Below, in pieces: positions 25,985 through 40,300 of a stretch of 64,000 nt of DNA. Positions within the stretch are counted from its first letter, which is position 1, and the number at the start of each line of letters is the position of its first letter. Origin of the DNA: a virus. The DNA is taken from IMG/VR virus record IMGVR_UViG_3300031841_003798, positions 1 to 64,000 of that record. One strand, written 5' to 3'. A program made the position numbers and the translations under genes. The notes below the pieces were generated by a model that was given only the letters and a program-made list of their open reading frames with translations, was not told where the DNA came from and did not search any database.

Positions 25985-28318
25985 ATGAGTATTTTCGACA
26001 AGTTTAAAGTCAACCCGTATATCAGCACATATGCGGGTGCGCCAGTAGACGCTTTTAATCAAGTAGCGAGTACACTGCAACAACGGTATGACAAGAACTT
26101 AGCTGATATGGATGCCATTGAGCAGCAGATGGCTGCTGTAAAAACAATGGATATCGATAAGCAGGCCAAGGCTGATATTACGAAAAAGTATCAGCAACAG
26201 ATTGAACAACTAAGTGAAGCACCAGAAAGCGCTAGCCGTGGTGTTCGAAGCTTAGCTCGTCAGTTTGCTACAGACCAAAACTTAATGCTCTTGCAGTCTA
26301 ACCAAGCAAAGCTGGCAGAATTAGAAGCAGCTATTGCTGAAGAGGATTACTCTGGATTCCAAGCAGATAAGCTGCGGCGTGCATTAAAATACTACGAAGA
26401 AGAAGGAGGAGCTGCAGCGGGATTGAAGTTTACCGGTTTTGCTCCAGGCGAATTGCATAGTCAATTCTATGAAGAGATTGACATTGGTAAAAACGTTGAC
26501 GAGCGAGTTAAGGGTATTGATGCCATTAAGTCTGGAGGCGCTCAATTTGATCCCCAGACTGGTCAATACACAGGTAATGCATTGAAAGAAGAAGTATCTG
26601 GAGAACGGGTGTATCGTAGTGCTATGGGCGTGCTTCAGGATGAAAAGGTGCGTAGGCAGGTTTATGACGAGTACGTATATAACAACCAGGGTGAGAAGCC
26701 TACTAACGAAGAGTTAGCTGAATACTTCGTTACTACATACGTTGATGGTGCATTAGCTAAGTATGCGCGTGAAGGTGTAGTTACCGATATCGATGGTGGC
26801 GGATCCAACAGAGGACCTGCAGCAAACACGATTCGCGGAGGTGTAGCGCCTGTTTCTTCAGTCGCACCTACTGCTACAATTGATGTTCCCGGCTTTATGG
26901 ATGAGGAAAAGGAGCCGCATCAAATCAATAATCGCCTGCGCGAGCTTGCTGCAATGCGTGATAGCGGAGAGTATCCAGACGGTGTTGATCCTAATGCTGT
27001 AGACTTAGAGTACACTCTACTCACCAATAGTTTACATACGGTTCTATTTGATGAAGAAGCAGGCGAACCATTAATTGGTAATGCCAATGATAGAGCTGCA
27101 CTTAAAAACATTCCAACTAATGAGTTGTGGACGATTATGGACACAACTACCGATGTACCTGAATTACAACAAGCGGTAGACGATTACCTCACTACTGGGG
27201 ATGCGACTAATCTAAAAACTCTGCTGCAGCAACGAAATGGTATGCAAGCATTTGCTCCAGTATCTAAGCAGTTAGGAAAAATAAGAAAAGACGCGTTAGA
27301 GCTTGCTCGAGATGCAGTAAAAGACCGAGATGATCTATCCCGTATGGTAAAGGCCAATCCATACAACACTCCGGAATACGAACAAGCCGTACAAGAATTA
27401 ACTCGTAATTACTTGACAGAGTATGTCAATGAGTTAGAACCATTTGTTGCTCGATTTGATCGTACTGGAGCAGAACAGTTAATTCGTAAGTACAATAATA
27501 ATTTAGACGACGAGACTGTTACTAATCTTGCTGATCAACTGTTTGATGCAACGCAGAAAAGACTGTTTAAAACAAACTACCGAGAAGCAACTAATGCCGG
27601 TCGAGCTGCTGTGGCTCAGGAACGCCGAGACATTAGCATTCAATCACTCGTTAGCCAAAATCAACTTGATGAGCTTAACGGAGCGTTGCGTAGTCAATTT
27701 GGTGGCACTCAAGCTAGTAGCAATTTAGAAGTCTTTAGTGTCATGGGTGAAGATGGGCGTGCAACTAGTTTAGATCCCGATTTACTTAATGAACTAAACT
27801 TTAGTCAAATGAGTATTGAACGAGTTGAAGTAAGTAATGCTGCTGGATTTATTCAGGTAAAAGTGCCTTCTCGTAAAGAAGACGAGGAGCCACGCCTGTT
27901 AAATATTAACTTAAATAAAGCTGCAGCTACTAACAACCTATCTAATATTCCAGAGGCAATCGTAGGTTATGCTCGCAACATTGCACAAGACCCTTACGCT
28001 AATGATGAGTTGAAAAAGTCAGCTCAAGATGTATCATTTGGTTTAGGGTATACTGAGGCCTTGAACAAAGGATTAGCAGCATTTCAAGCAAATGCTCGTT
28101 TGGGTCAAGGTGTGGAGCCCGCACCCATTGATGCGGACATTGTCAACTATGCATTTGGTCCAGTAACTCCTAAAACAAATACCGACGGTGAATACTACTT
28201 TGTGGATGGCAATGGTAAACACATGTTTGGTCCGATGGTCACATTTAAGAGTGCTAACCAAGCTATGCACTACTTGATTGATCAAGCTCGAGAAACGTAC
28301 AAATTAGGCAAGGCTTAA
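25985..28318 (+). CDS. Cargo/ejection protein
   Basis: NPYISTYAGAP..LQQRYD N-terminus, helical; directly before RNAP. Confidence 0.6.
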   Translation: MSIFDKFKVNPYISTYAGAPVDAFNQVASTLQQRYDKNLADMDAIEQQMAAVKTMDIDKQAKADITKKYQQQIEQLSEAPESASRGVRSLARQFATDQNLMLLQSNQAKLAELEAAIAEEDYSGFQADKLRRALKYYEEEGGAAAGLKFTGFAPGELHSQFYEEIDIGKNVDERVKGIDAIKSGGAQFDPQTGQYTGNALKEEVSGERVYRSAMGVLQDEKVRRQVYDEYVYNNQGEKPTNEELAEYFVTTYVDGALAKYAREGVVTDIDGGGSNRGPAANTIRGGVAPVSSVAPTATIDVPGFMDEEKEPHQINNRLRELAAMRDSGEYPDGVDPNAVDLEYTLLTNSLHTVLFDEEAGEPLIGNANDRAALKNIPTNELWTIMDTTTDVPELQQAVDDYLTTGDATNLKTLLQQRNGMQAFAPVSKQLGKIRKDALELARDAVKDRDDLSRMVKANPYNTPEYEQAVQELTRNYLTEYVNELEPFVARFDRTGAEQLIRKYNNNLDDETVTNLADQLFDATQKRLFKTNYREATNAGRAAVAQERRDISIQSLVSQNQLDELNGALRSQFGGTQASSNLEVFSVMGEDGRATSLDPDLLNELNFSQMSIERVEVSNAAGFIQVKVPSRKEDEEPRLLNINLNKAAATNNLSNIPEAIVGYARNIAQDPYANDELKKSAQDVSFGLGYTEALNKGLAAFQANARLGQGVEPAPIDADIVNYAFGPVTPKTNTDGEYYFVDGNGKHMFGPMVTFKSANQAMHYLIDQARETYKLGKA

Positions 28319-28323
28319 TTACT

Positions 28324-31300
28324 ATGGCTGAAAACATTAACTTCGATAGCACTCCCGCAACGGCGAGTGACCGTAAGGCTGCCGCAGACTTTACGCCCCA
28401 AGCAGATAACCTTCAATTCGAGGGTGCACCTAGAGGGTATGAAGACACAGAACCTTTAGCGCAAGTTTCTGCTGCACAGCCAGCATTAAAGTATGCTCCC
28501 TATACTCAGTACTTCGGTAGTCTAAATACTCGGGATGCCGCGGCAGCTCGTGGTCAAAGTGCAGGCTCAAAGCTTGCTGGCGGATTGTACCAAGGTGTTG
28601 TCGGTGAAGTTATCGGTGGCACATTACAAGGTCTAGGCTCGTTCGGCATGTTTGCTGATAGCGAAGAAAACTTTTTGTACCAACTCGGAGAAGGCCTGCG
28701 TGAGCATACCATGGATGCTACGCCAATCTTTGAGCGTGAAGCAGGTAAAGCCTTTGCGTTTAATGACGTAGGCTGGTGGGCAAAGAATATGCCCAGCATG
28801 CTGTCTACATTAAGCATGTTTATTCCTGGTGCAGCTATTGGTAAAGGTGCAGCTATGTTAGGGCGTGCTGCAGCTGCGTCTGGTCGTGCAGGACGTATTC
28901 TTAAAGGAGTACAAGCGGCACAAAAAGCTGACAAAACTGTAGACAAAGCTGAAGCTGCTGCAGCACTTGCTGGAAAAGAAGCAGCTCTTGCTGGACGTAT
29001 GGAGTCTCAGGCGCAAACGATTGGTACTGCTCTTGGTATGCGCCATGCAGAGAATATTCGTGAGGCTATGGATATTCAACAACAGGCTACTACTGATTTT
29101 ATCGAGTCAGGCATGTCTGTTGAAGAGATGAAAGGCACTGAAGCCTATCGCGCTTGGAAAGCCGAGAATGGTGACCGTGAACCAACTCGTTACGACTTAG
29201 CTAAATATGTTGGAGGTGCAGCAGCTAAGCGTAGCTATGCAGTTAATTCCTCTAACCTGGTATTCGATTTAGCGCAAAGCGCTATGATCTTCAAGCCGTT
29301 TAAACTTCGTACTCGTGGTGCAAAAGCTACTACCGCTGAAGCTGCTGATGCAGCTAAGAAGTTAGGTGACAAGGTTGTAAAGGAAGCTAAGGGTAATCGT
29401 TTTAGTCGATTTGCGGATCGGTATGGCGAGTACATCGGAGGCATGGCTTCTGAAGGAGTAGAAGAAGCAGTTAACTTCATTGGTAGCGGAGAGGGCATCG
29501 CGTATGGCGAACAGCTGCGCGGTATGGAAAACGAAGGGTTCCAGAGTCGTTTGAACGACTACCTTAACGATGATCACCTGTGGGAGAGTGCGTTCTTTGG
29601 TGCGCTCGGTGGTGGTTTATTCCAAGCAGTAGGCGGAGCTTTTGGTAAGAAGCAGAATGCATTGCTTAAATCTTACGAAGAGCGTATTAAGACCCAGAAA
29701 TACTTTGCTGAAAAGATTAAAAAAGCAGAGGAAAAAGGTGACGTTAAGGAGGTCAAGAAGCTTAAGAATCAAATGATTACCAACCTTGCTATGCAAGCTG
29801 CGCAGCAAGGGCGGGTAGATCAATTGATTGATCAGCTTAACGATGAAGCGTACATCGAAGAGTTAGCTAAAACTGGCATTGGCACTAAGGAAGAGCTGAT
29901 GGAACAGCGAGAGCAGATTATTGAAACTGTTCTTACTGCAGAAAAACACTACCGTACTGCTAACCAGTGGGCCATTGACAATGGCATGGATGCATTTGCT
30001 CGAGGCGAATACCTTAAGGATTCTATCGATCAGCAGAACCTGTTAGACTATGTCAACAAACGTATTGAGGAGATAGAGGAAGAAGGTAACGTTCAGCAAG
30101 ATGAGCGTTCAGTTATGGCTGCTAAGAAAGCTGTGCTTGAAGACCTTAAGAAACGTATGCAAGGCAACAAGGTCGAGCAAGAAAAGTTTAAAGATCAGTT
30201 TATCGCATTACAGGAAGAGGTTACTAAGTACGAAGAGAAGCAGGGTAAGCCCATCGACATTAGTGCAGCTAACGAGGCAACGTATGAAAGCCAAGCATTA
30301 GCTGTGTTGCAGCAGTCTGCTAAAGACCGGTTAGCGTATATGAAGTCTGATGCTGCTATTGTACGGTACAACAAGCTGGGGCAAGAGACTGCTAAGAAGC
30401 AACAAAAAAAGCTTGAAAAGGATCTGCTTAAGAATATCTCCGAGATGGAGAATGAAGAGCAGTTAGAAGACTTTATCAAAAAGAGCCGCCGTAACAAAGA
30501 CACTAAGTTTAAGGAAGCGGCTGAGCGCAGGCTTAAAGAATTGCGTGAGCAAAAGAAGGTAGACAAGAAGGTTAAAACAGGTAAGTCTGAAGACTCTGCT
30601 GATACTACAGGCGAAGAAGGTTCATCTGAAGATGATGGTACTACTACTGAAACAGGTCAAACTACATTAGAGTTTCCTGAAGATGACGATCAATCTGGTG
30701 CTACGGATGAAGAAGATGCGCCGCCTAGTGGACCTACCCGCAAGCCTCTAGAGTTAGAACCTTTACCTGCATTGTTACAACGTATTCAACAAGAAGGTGA
30801 AGAAGCACGTGATGCTTTATTAGCTGAGTTAAAACAGGTTCGTGTAGATCTTACTAACGAAAAGAAACGAATTCGTCGTGCAATCGATGCAGCTAAAAAA
30901 GCAGGAAAACCTACAGCTACTTTAGAAGCAAACTATAAGCAAGCAGATGAAGAACAAGGAAAGTTAACCAAGGACTACATTCCTGCACTCCGGAAAATGG
31001 AGTTTAAGGAGGATAAGACTACAGTTACCAGCGATGGGTTTAAAGCACGGGAAGAAGGTTTAGATGAGTCTGAGGCTAAGCGTCGTGAGCGCGAACTCTT
31101 AGAAGATGGGGGTGCAAACGTATTTGCCTTAGATCTCATCCGAGCATTCTTACCGCACTTAACTGCAGGCAAAAGCTTGTTTGGATTACCCTTTGACGAA
31201 TGGCGTTTAGATAGTTCTAGCGCTAATGTCAAGGACGGTAGGTTAGTTATTGCTGACGAGGATGTAGAGAAATACAAAGCACTTCAAGCTGCATTACAAG

Positions 31301-34300
31301 GAAAAGCTAAAGTTCGCATTGTAGAGACCGACGAGTCTTTTGGAACAGAGTCGTCAGAGGAAGCAAGTATTTTTTCTCGGAAAGAAGCATCTCGAGTTGA
31401 TAAAATTCCTCGTAAACGTATTGACGGAAAGGTTCAATACAAGGTTAAACGCGGTAAAGAGCGTCACTATGCAATTGAAGTAGATTTAGGTACGAAGAAA
31501 GTTATTATTGGATACGTACCTCAGGCTACCACTGCATTAAAACATGCAGCCAGTTCATTGTCTCTGCTTAAAAAAGAAGAGCGTGAAGCTGCATTAGACC
31601 TTTTAGCTTCAGATATAACCGGTGATCGTTTTGCAATGCAAACGATGTTTGCTATGATGCACACTGGTGATTTCCAGGCATTAGAAGCAGTAGACCGTAT
31701 CATCACCTTACGCCGCATTTTAGATCGTCGTGATGGTGTGCCTTTAGATATTGATTTACGTCAAGAAGGGCGTGGTAGTCTGCTTCGTCCTAGTGTAGAT
31801 TCTACTGTTCGTTTAGGTGATCTGCACAATATCAATACCACGATTGAGGAACATGGTATTTGTATCATGGTTTCTGAGGGGCAAGACACCTACCTCTACA
31901 ATCTTAAAACGGGTCAACGAGAAGCACGTAAGCCTTATCAAGATGGTAAGAAAGGTCTTGATTCTAGTGAGGGTATTGACTATGGTAAGGGCTCATTCTT
32001 TGTGCCCATCCAAGCATCTGATGATGTAAACGATATTATCTACGTTCGTATCGGTGATGTACCGTTGTCTCGTATTGGCAACGGCGTTATTGAAGATGTG
32101 TTGGATACGTTGAAAGACCAACGCTTATCTGTTGAAGAGCGTACTGATGCTTTACGTGCAGTAATGGCTGTTCGACCAAACAGCAAAGAGCTGACTGAAA
32201 CCCAGCTAGCCAACATCACCAACAATCACCTTAAGAATGGTGCTATTGTAACTCCGACCCGTACCTACTTTGTACAGGGCGGTGTTGCTATCGGTGTCTA
32301 CAACAATAAGACAGGCGAATTTATTGCCACCGAAAGTGAGGCAGCTGGAGTGTCTACGGTATCGGATGCTATCGGCCAAATGAACTTCCGTGGCACAGTT
32401 CGCGATGGTGCTCAAGACTACTCTTTAGAAAACGATCGTATTGCTCAGTTGGTTCAGGAGGTGCAGTCTCCTGTTGCTCCTATTATTGATGCGCACGGTA
32501 ACTTTATTGGATACCGCCATCCTATTACTGCATTAGAGCAGCGTAATCCTAAGCTGTACAATCCAGATACTCGTCAGACTCAAGCTACTATTCAGGTAGA
32601 CATGAGCCAGTTGGTTGATGAGTCTACAGATGTGGTTGAGCCAGAGGACAAGAAGCCCAAGGGTAAGAAGAAAGAAGAGTCTTCTGGAGGTGTCAAGAAG
32701 ACGAGTGGTAAGAACCCTTTCTTTATGACTACTGAAGTAGCTGCGGAAAGTCAGCTAGATCGCCAAGCCACTGACAAAGAGCAGAAACAAGCAGAGGAGT
32801 GGTTAGACAAAAACTTACCACACGTTCCTTTCCGTCGTGTTCGTGGTTTAATTACGCGTGGTGGTGCTACTGCCTATGGTATTTGGGAACAGGGTACGGT
32901 ACAGGTTAGTGACCTAGCGGTTGTGGGTACCGAGTTTCACGAGGCGTTCCATGCTGTTATGGATACGTACCTGCCGGAAAGCCGCAAGGCTAAAATTCTT
33001 GCTGAAGCTGATAAGAAGTATGGTAACCCTACAAGCAAACAATTAGCTAAGCTTAAAGAGTTGTATCCCGATGCTACCGCATCAGAGCTGCAAGACATTT
33101 ATTTAGAGGAAAGGCTTGCAGAAGCATTCCGTGAGTACATGTTGAGCAGTGGGTTGAGCATGGCAGAAAAGAGTGCTACGGCACGATTCTTTGCTGAGTT
33201 GCTTGAGTTGATCCAGGCAATGTTTACTGGTCAGTTTCGTGCTCGCCAGTTGATGCAACAGATCAACAAAGGAACGTTTGCTTACAAGCCTGACGCACGT
33301 ACTAAAAACTATGTAAAGAAATACATGGCTGTACCGGGCTTTAGCGCACTGGAACTTAAGGAACTAGCCAGCGTTTTACCACTGGCTCTTAACGAAACTC
33401 TAGATCAAGTCAACCAATACTTAGCTGCTAAGCAGGAAGGACAAGAGAAAGCAAACGAGTTTCTCGACGAATACTATTCCGATCCTCAAGCGGCTAAACT
33501 AAAGGAGAAGGTGCGTCAAATCGGTGATGCTGTTGCTGCACGACGCACAGAACAACCTGAAACGGACGGGGAAAGCAAGCCGTTGGGGAAAAAAGAGATT
33601 GCAGAGTTAGTGTTAGAAGCTGCGTTTGAAGAACAAGGTGGTATTGAAACCTTGTTCTTCTGGGCTAGTGTTAACGCATCGGATAAGATGAAAGAACAAA
33701 TGGATGCAGACATCGATCGCATTCGTTTGAATAAAGATGCACTGGTCCGTGATATGCTTAATCGCAAGGGTGTTGTCAGTGCGCTTGTTGACACGCTTGA
33801 AGCTGATGTGATTACCGGTAATACCGATGCGCAGCAGTATGGCGGCAAGAGCATGATGGAGGTAAACCCGAAGGAAAAGATTCCTGCTAGCGTTCGCAAC
33901 TTGATCAGCCGTACCATGGCGATGCCTACTGTGTTAAGTGAGGCAGTGATCGAAGCCATGGAGCAAAATGACCCAGAGGTCCTGCGTGATGCGGTGCTTA
34001 AACATGCAGCGCAAAACACGTTCGATCAGTTCAGTCAGTTTGGCCTGCCGCGTATGCTAGACTTTAACCAAGTCTATCCATATCTGTTACACCACTTGTC
34101 TACTGCTACAAACTATGCAGAAATGCTGCAGCGGTTAGAAGATTTGGGTAGAAAGGGTAACCCGGATATGTTACTGCTTAAGGCTAAGCTTGAAGATTCG
34201 CGTACTCCAGAGCTTGTGCGTAATCAATTCTTTGTTGCATTCAAGCGAGCTAAAACTGATGAGATTAGTGTAACCACTAGAAATATATTAATCGGTGGTC

Positions 34301-37300
34301 GGTCTGAGTCTGTAACAGTTACAGATCACAATAAACCATTTCCTGCAGAAGCAGGTTTGGCATTTCATAACCGTCAAACCATTCAATCTAAGTTAGATGG
34401 TATGTCATCTAGCCAGATTGATGCAGCAATCAAAGCATTAAGAGATTGGGGTACTAAGTATGTAGATAAACCACTTACTGTAAAAGAGCGAAAGCAACTT
34501 CGCGAGTTATTACGAGCAGTAGGTTACACTACGCAAACTCCGAATGCGTTAAATGTAGCTCTAATGCGTTTACCTAATAACGCACTAGCCCAAATCGCAC
34601 AACAAGTAGCTACCTCCGTAGATCTGTTACAATCCAAAGTAGATAGCAACGATAAAAGAGCATTTAATATTTTAAAAACTGTTGCTGCAAACGTAGTTCC
34701 TGCTGACTATCAATCAGTTACAGTAGGATATCGCAATGGAGCTGGTACTACAGTATACAGCCACATGCTGCCGTGTTACCTCACTGAAGAAGTAGATCGG
34801 TTACGAGACAAGACATATCGAACCAAGGTTATGTCTCAAGATAGTCGTTTGCAACCAGGGCTAGCTTGGGAGGTTATGCTGCGAGACGGACAGCAAGCAG
34901 AGTTCCCTGTATACATGCGCTTTGGTCACTATAAGGGTAAACCTTATACAAAGTTGACTGTTGCTCAGCGAGCATTGTATGACATTGCTACTATGTATCC
35001 GGATGGTGGACGTAAGAATTCTGACAGTAGCTATATCGCTATTCCGGTGCCGTCTGATGCAGACAACACTATGCTTGTTCGGTCTATGTGGCTGAGCTTA
35101 AGCGCATCTAAACGCCGCAAAGAACTTCAACATATTATTGATGTAGACCAAAACACTAGCGATAGTCGTTTACCGCAAACCGTTGAAGAGTTAGAACAAA
35201 AATTTAAGCAGGAAGGCATTGAATACCTTGCTAAAATTGGTAAATCTGGGCGGAATGCAATTAAGAAAATTGCTGCTGAACGTAGCAAAAAAGAAAATCG
35301 CACGGTTACGTCTGAAGAAATTGCTGCAGAAATGATGGCTGCTCAGTTTCATTCAAACTGGAATACTGCACACTGGATCGGTGGAGCAGTAGAAGAGTTT
35401 GATAACGGAAGCACGATTCAAATGCAAAAACGCTTTAAACAAGTCTTGTCTCCTGGTACACCTAGCTTCTTAAATGAAGATAGTGACATGTTTGTAAGCA
35501 TCACTTTCGAAGAACCTATTAAAGAATACGCAGACGATGATCCGCGTAGCAAAGAGTTTGGTGCAGTTAAACGAGCCGACGCACAGACGTATGTTACGCT
35601 AGCGCACTACCGTCGAGTAATGCGCGCTCATGGTAAGCTTACTCCTGCCATGGATGCTGCTATTACTAAAGCAGAAAACCGAGAGAAGTTAACTCGCGGA
35701 GAACGTGCATTGTTGCGCCCATATAAACCATTCTACTATGGTCGTATTGAGCGCGGTGGTGTCCGTGTGGGTGTGCAGATTAAAAATTCTTTGTTTCCAT
35801 TAATTCCCTTAGATACAGAGGGTACAGAGCTTGATAAGCTCCGTGATTTTATGGAGACTAATAACATTGATCAAGCTCAACCAGTAACTGCGCATAAGGT
35901 TGGTCGTCCTAGTAACACAGTCAAACTTTGGACTAAGGATAACAAGTGGGATTCAGAGTCTGCTCAAGACTTTTCTGCTAGTGTTCAGACCCTTCCGATG
36001 GCACACTACCGTCAGCAGGTTCAGATTAATGACCACATGATGAACAGCGATACCATCGGTTGGGGTACGCAGGTCAGTAAGATCATCATGGGTGGCTTGC
36101 TGAGCATGGACAGCCTGACCATTGGCGGTAAAACTATGACTGGCCAGGAGGTCGTTGATCAACTTAAGCACAAGGAAAACGAGTTAGTTCGCAATCAGAT
36201 TAAAGAGATTCGCAAGCGCTACTTTACTAAAGAAGGTGAGTTAGATGAAGTAGCTATTCGTAAGTTGTTGCAAAGCGAGTTAGGTGATCAAGCAGCATCT
36301 GGATTACGTCAGCTTCTTGATGATGTCGAACATGGACGTGCGTCAATTACTAATCCTCATTACAAAGGTCAGATTGCTCTAGCTCTTATTTCGCTTATGC
36401 AGAAAAAGCATAAGCATTTGCAGGTGCCTGGTGGTACGCAGGTACAGGTTTCTGACTTAGGTCGGGACAATGGCGTGTCCGGAGATTTAGAGGGCATGCG
36501 CATCGACCCAAAAACAGGTAAGGTTTTACCAGCGCAGGTTATTACCTCTCGAAACTTCTTACCTAAGAAGTATCGCAACATGAGCATTGAGGAAATCCGC
36601 AAGGTTGATCCTGAAGCGTTGCAGATGGTGGTTTACCGTATTCCTGGTGAGGGCAAAAACTCTATGGCTGTAGTGGAAGTTGTAGAGTTCTTGGAGAATG
36701 GTCAAGATGGTATGATCGTTCCTGCTGATTTTGTTGCACAGATGGGTTCTGACTTCGACGTCGACAAACTGTACATCAATTGGAAAAGCGATCGCAGCGG
36801 TAAGAATGCTGAGATTTGGAACGAGTACTTTGACCTGATGAAAGGAGTGCTTACAGATCCTACTGTCTTTGAACAAGAAGTCCGTAAGCCTCAAGGTTTT
36901 GAACTTCTACAAGAATTAGCTAAAAAGCGTAAGGCAACTGCACGTGGGCGTCAGCTTAAAACTATGGATGGTACTATTGATACATACCTCCGTGGTAACC
37001 CATACAGTGGTTTATCGCAATTGCAGCTATGGGAAGACAACATGGCTGGCGTTAGCCTTAAGGGTATTGCAGCTAAAGCCAATACCTTCTGGCTCAACGT
37101 CGAGCGCTTTGGATTTGAAGTTGAATTTGAGACTAAGGCTGGAGGTATTACCAAATTAGACCCTAGCAATGTTGATTTGGCACACCGGCAGCTAACAGCA
37201 CAAGGTGTTGCTGCAGCTATGGACGGCGCTAAAGATCCGGTGTATGGATACTTAGGTTTAAACGAAAAGAACTGGGAGTTCTTTCATGACTTGTATATGC

Positions 37301-40300
37301 TAGGTATGAGCTTGGAAGATGCAATTAAGATTGCGAGTAATCCTCAGGTTGTCGCCGAGCTCAACTTTGAGGGGGACGCCTATTTAAAAACGGATCGGAC
37401 CGATGCTCAAAAAGCTGAGGATGCCGAGGCTATGGAGGTTTTCGAAGCCTACAAGAAAGATTGGCAAAAGGTATTGATGCCATTAAAGATGCTTGCACGT
37501 GTTGGAGAAAGCAAGCTTATCGATATGGCACAAGCTATTACTCCTGTTGCTGCAGGAGGACCCCGCCAGGCTGAGTTACGTACCGTTAAGCACAACGGCG
37601 CTGAAGGCGACGGTGTCCAAGATGTACCAATTCTGTCAGCTCACTTAGAGTTGACGGAGGCGATTAAGGAGATCATGGGTGGACTGCAGATTCATTACTT
37701 CACCATGAAGGATGCAACCGGCTTAGAGTTTGCAGCACACTTACGAGGTCAGACTTATATGTCTGCAGATAATTATTTAGGAGCTGCAGTAGGCGACTTC
37801 AAACGTATGGGTAAGATTAGTACTCTTATTGAAGAGGGTGCTACACAACGACCACAGCGTAAGCAACGCGAAGAAGGTGATTACAGCAATTGGAACATGC
37901 AGGACTTCATTAGCTACTTTGCTACTGAAGAGGGGCAAGCGTTACTAGAAGCAGATCCGGATTTAGCTCGGGTCTTGCAGCACACTCGGTTGGGTAAGGA
38001 GTACAAAGCTATGCCTGCTGGTACTCGCGATCAATTCCGTTTAATCAATCTCTTGCCAGTTGGGTTAAGTGATGCAGAAGTAGCTAACGACTTTAGTGAT
38101 TCCTGGGATGCATTACTTACAGACAGTAGTAAGCACCCTATTGCTAGCGCTTTAGGTACTGCTCTGGTAGAATACGAAGCTGAGCGTAGCGGTTGGCGTT
38201 ATGGTAGTGACACCTTCTCTCAACACTTGCCTCATAGTGTAGTTATGAATCTTACTGCAGTAGACAATGACACCAGTGGAAACACTGCTCGTTTAATTGA
38301 AGCTTTGAATCCTAATATACCTCAGGTATTTAGGCAAAAAGAAGCTGAAGCTAAGCGAGGAGCGGTTAAATATGTAGACAAAAATGGTCGTACACGTATT
38401 TACTTAGACCGCTATAATGCTGTTGAAGAAAAGTTTGAACGCGGGTTTGTTATTTTGCCCAACTCTTCTCAGCACAAAGGATTCAAAGGTTTAGTCAGTC
38501 TTGGCGCTATTGAACAAGCTTTAAGCGCAAATATTGCAGAAACTAAAAAGAAAAGTCGTTCTGTAAAGTCTGTGGGCACCGAAGAAAACTACGATACCCG
38601 TAAGCAACACTTAGAAGGTGTATTTGCTAGTGCAGGTATTCGAGTAAAGGTGCGTAAAGACAGATCTATCGAAGGTGCCGGTGAGGTAGTGTGGGATGGT
38701 GAGACTGGTGAGATTAAAGTGCACCCGAGTCGTATGGGTGGAGACACTGTGATCCACGAGTTTGCTCACATTTATGTTGAGCTGTTAGGCTACGAACACC
38801 CGTTAGTTCAAGATGCTATCAAGGAACTGCGTGGCACAGCTTTGTACCAAGAGATTAAAGAGTTGTATCCCAATCTTAACCAGCGGGACTTAGACTTAGA
38901 AGTCTTGGTTACTGCTATGGGCCGCAAGGGAGACAAGATCTTCAACAATGCTAAACAAGAAAACCGGTTCCAAACTTTAATCCGGCGTATCATTCGAGCT
39001 ATTGGTAAGGTGCTTGGTGTCCAGCAAGACACTGCTAAGTTCTTAGCTCAAAATATGATCGCTGGCGTTGGGCTCAATGCTAAGGATGTAAAGGCGTTTA
39101 AAGCAGAGCAGCGTATTAGTAAGCGTGTAAATGAAGCTAAGCTCCAAGAAGAGATTGTTCGCGAGCTGGGTGAGCGTACGCGTGAAATGCGTGAGTTGGG
39201 TATGACCAACGCTGAGGAGACTCAGATGATGAACGAGATCATCGAGGGTCGTCGGAAGATTGCCAATGTCAATGTAGAAGCAAGTAAGGCAGACGTTGTG
39301 TCGTCTGTAACTGACTTTGCTGAAGACATGCTGGAGCGAACTAATGCTTTTTTAGATGTCGGTCCTAAGTATTTAGCTAGTTCGCGGAATGTAGCAGAGA
39401 TGACTCAGAGCGATGTAGACTTCTTTAATTCTATTCGCCAGCTGAAACAAACCTTAAGTACACTAGAGCAGGCTGTACAAAACTTCGAAGAAACTGAACC
39501 AGGCGATAAAGTTCTGGAGTTCAAGAAGTTAAAGGATCGTATCCCTCAAGTGTTGCGCAACTTGCGTGATCTAGAGCGCGAAGCAGTCAATAACAAGCTT
39601 AAAGCTCAGAGTGCCAATCTCGAGATTCGAGAGATCGAAGAAAACTTGTTTGATCTAGCGGCTAATACTGAGCTGTCGCATTACATGCAAGACAGTGGAG
39701 CTGCTACTATGTGGTTACAGGGTATGGGTGAGCAGGGACCTGTGGTTCTTCAACTCTTAAAGAAACAGATCGACCGTGTCGTTGAGGGTGCTGCTATGGA
39801 AGTACGTAACGACAAAGCTGAAGTTGATCGTATTCTCGATAATTACGGAGATGCTCCGATCGAAAACCTGTTAGACGAAACAGGTCAAGCATTTATTAGC
39901 CCCATTCGCGATGCGTACTGGGAAGAGCGGGCCGAAGCTGCAGCTGCAGGAATTGATCTTCGTTTATGGGAAGCTCAAAATAATCACATGCCGTACACCA
40001 ATGAGTATTACGAGTGGTTGTACAGCAAGGAGAATCAAGAGATTCGTCAGCTTACTCGTAAGCTTAACCAGCTTAAGGAGATTAAAGCCAAGCGTGGTTT
40101 AACGGAAGAAGAAATCATCCAAGAAGAAGTTTGGAAGAAAGACTTAGAAGACTTACGTGTCAGCAATAACCGTTGGGGTAAGTTTAATGAGCACGACGTA
40201 GATGTTGAGGGCTATACTGCAGCTCGTGCTAAAGCTAAAAAGGATGGTACTCTTGAGCAGTTCGATCAAGAGCATCCCTGGGTACTGCGAGGATCTAAAT